Assembly (NCBI GenBank): GCA_963749495.1
Contig: CAVVMW010000007.1
Location: 170,570-234,569 of the forward strand
DNA length: 64,000 nt
Source of the DNA: an uncultured bacterium
GTDB lineage: Bacteria > Verrucomicrobiota > Verrucomicrobiia > Limisphaerales > UBA8199
Direction of reading: 5' to 3'
Shown here one piece after another: positions 62,056 to 64,000 of this stretch. Both the position numbers and the translations under genes were made by a program. Within the stretch, counting starts at the first letter, position 1; the number at the start of each line of letters is the position of its first letter. Under the pieces are notes generated by a model, which did not search any database, was not told where the DNA came from, and worked only from the letters and a program-made list of their open reading frames with translations.

Positions 62056-63702
62056 ATGAATGTGGGCAGACTTGCACGGCGAACGCCAACCGGCGCGATA
62101 CTCTGGGAAATCTGGGGCAGGCACAAATTGAACTTCCTGTGGCAAGGAGTCGCTCTGGCAGCCAGCGTGTTCTGTGTCCACTGGAAAGAGCATGGCGCGC
62201 CCAAGGAAGTGCTGCCCCTGCTGGTCTCGGTCACGAGCATCTGCTTCCTGGGAGCTTATCTTCATTTGCTGGCTTGTTTCGGCTACATCGAGGTTGATGC
62301 ACGGAGAGTGCAGCTCGGCTTTCCGGGCCGGCTGCTTTTGAAGCCAGTCAGCACAGCCCGACTCGTCATGGTGCCGATGTTCTTTGGCGGCCTTGTCATA
62401 GTGACGATCTTTGCGATATGGACAGAATTGGTGTTGCGGCACCTGGCCAGTATCGCCGCATCCGACCTGCTTTGGATCAGCACAGTGCTGCTGTCCTTCT
62501 TTTGGTGGATGCAGGCCCTCGCTTGGGGCCTTTCGTTGCTTAAGGGCAGAGTGCTTGCCTTGCTCATCGTGGCTGTGATTCATCTGTTGGTCGCGATCCT
62601 GCCGCTGCCGCTGATGCCTGGGAGTGCTTTGTCAGGGTGGCGGCGGCCAATCCTGGCTGCCTTGCTCGTGTCCGCCGTGCCCGCAGCGTGGTTCGGGCTG
62701 AAACTGATGCGACAGGGAAGATGGGAAGGCCCATCCCGGATTTCCATGCGTTGGAGCAGCCTGCGCTTTGCACGGGCACAGGGTCGGCGCAAGACATTTG
62801 GTTCCGCATTCGGGGCGCAATTCTGGCTCGAATGGCGAAGGCAGGGATTGCTGCTTCCCTGTCTCTCGGGCGGGGTGGCACTCCTTTTTTGTCCGATCGC
62901 CATCTTCGCCCATGAGGCGATGGTGGCTTCAAGCGTCATGTTGATCATGCCGCTCCTGTTTTCCCTTCTGTCGGCGCCCGCGTTGGCGAAGTTCGATCAA
63001 CTCCAATCAAGGGTTGAACTGCCGATTTACATCGCCGTTCGTCCCATGACCAATGGCGGTTTTGTGGCGGCGAAACTGGTGATGGCTTTGGCGACGAGTG
63101 CTTTGACCTGGCTGGTCACGGTGGCCGCAATTTGTCTCTGGCTGGCGCTCGTGGGAAAGGGGACCCTGTTTTCAAAAGCTGGATTGGTCACGCCGTATGG
63201 GCCGGTGGCATTCATGACGGGATGCGTGCCGGTGTTGCTGCTGCTGGTGATCTGGACCTGGAAAAATCTGGTGGCCGGGATCGGGGCGGGTTTGACCGGA
63301 CGCACCTGGATCGCGGGAACGTTCATCATCTGGAGATTGGCTCTCTATATCGGGCTGATCGCTCTGGTTGCGGCCGCCAAACTCAACGTCAGTTTCAGGG
63401 AAGCACTATTGCATTGGTTGCCCGGACCATTGATTGTGAGCTTGGCGGCGAAAATCGCCGTCTCGGTTGCCGCTTTTGTTTGGGGGTTGCGTCGAAATGC
63501 GATCACGGCCAACTGGGCCGGTTGGATTGCCGGCGGTTGGTTGGTGTGCGGCCTGTTCGTGGCCGGCTACGCGGGTCTCGTTTGTAATGCGATAAACAAA
63601 CCGGAGCTGTGGGTGTGCATGGCGCTGGCGGGGTTCCTGGTTCTTCCGCTTGCCGATTTGGCGATTGCCCCGTTGGCGTTAGCCTGGAATCGCCACCGTT
63701 GA
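62056..63702 (+). CDS. Multi-pass membrane protein, probable ABC permease
   Basis: More than 10 hydrophobic helices; directly follows the ATPase. Confidence 0.75.
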   Translation: MNVGRLARRTPTGAILWEIWGRHKLNFLWQGVALAASVFCVHWKEHGAPKEVLPLLVSVTSICFLGAYLHLLACFGYIEVDARRVQLGFPGRLLLKPVSTARLVMVPMFFGGLVIVTIFAIWTELVLRHLASIAASDLLWISTVLLSFFWWMQALAWGLSLLKGRVLALLIVAVIHLLVAILPLPLMPGSALSGWRRPILAALLVSAVPAAWFGLKLMRQGRWEGPSRISMRWSSLRFARAQGRRKTFGSAFGAQFWLEWRRQGLLLPCLSGGVALLFCPIAIFAHEAMVASSVMLIMPLLFSLLSAPALAKFDQLQSRVELPIYIAVRPMTNGGFVAAKLVMALATSALTWLVTVAAICLWLALVGKGTLFSKAGLVTPYGPVAFMTGCVPVLLLLVIWTWKNLVAGIGAGLTGRTWIAGTFIIWRLALYIGLIALVAAAKLNVSFREALLHWLPGPLIVSLAAKIAVSVAAFVWGLRRNAITANWAGWIAGGWLVCGLFVAGYAGLVCNAINKPELWVCMALAGFLVLPLADLAIAPLALAWNRHR

Positions 63703-63721
63703 CCCACGCCGCGCTCGCATT

Positions 63722-64000
63722 GCTGAATTAGTCCGGTCGATCCACAACCCGTCGGTGCTGGTCGGATGGCTCTACCGCACGACGCGGCTTACCGCCGCCA
63801 GCGTCCTGCGACAGGAGCACCGCCGCCGCGACTGCGAAAGTACCGCCATGGAACTGAACGCGCTTGAGCCGGATTCACGCTCGGTTTGGGAGGCCCTGGC
63901 CCCCCACCTCGACGCCGGGATCGCCACGCTCGAACCCGCTGATCAGGATGCCGTCGCGCTGCGTTTCTTCAAAAGAAAAAGCCTGCGTGAAGTGGGCCAA
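63722..64000 (+). pseudogene. Second ECF sigma paralog with N-terminal deletion; runs off the window
   Basis: AELV-RSIHNPSVLVGWLYRTTR...ESTAMELNAL...LRFFKRKSLREVGQ closely matches the 58238 gene but lacks ~36 aa after AELV and has no start codon. Confidence 0.75.

Noticed and set aside
50993..64000. attL/attR duplication of the tRNA-His 3' end
   Set aside because: No second copy and no adjacent integrase were found in the window, so the island boundary is unproven.

Overview
GC-rich bacterial chromosome segment, most consistent with Verrucomicrobiota (Pedosphaera-like). This is inferred from gene types: ECF sigma factors with long C-terminal extensions, PVC-type small proteins, and dense heptamer and REP-like repeats. 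Backbone genes: Gfo/Idh/MocA oxidoreductase, DegP-type protease, Rrf2 regulator, ECF/anti-sigma pair, pnp-rpsO, mqnD, ltaE, pfkA, two response regulators, kdgK, recD2, uvrA and tRNA-His. There are four accessory regions. (i) A decayed integrase island of about 8 kb (about 14.5-22.4 kb) with exported proteins and a large ankyrin protein. (ii) A precisely bounded 3.8 kb IS1-family-like cargo transposon (26070-29884; 24-bp TIRs, 8-bp TSD) carrying a P63C-domain gene, unknown ORFs and an unannotated 68-nt tRNA-like element. (iii) An ISKra4 element splitting a flavin reductase gene. (iv) A mosaic of gene remnants after tRNA-His, including the C-terminal part of an enediyne-type PKS with its thioesterase, and an Rpn-family gene. 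Other notable points are a ~300-aa Arg/Gly/Asp/Glu tail on PNPase, repeat DNA inserted in-frame in uvrA, and a cluster of apparent CGA>CAA (Asp>Asn) changes at conserved motifs. Several single-base frameshifts in homopolymers suggest a long-read consensus with residual errors, so some anomalies need read-level checking. No CRISPR array or rRNA was seen. All family assignments come from motif recognition by eye; no database searches were run.
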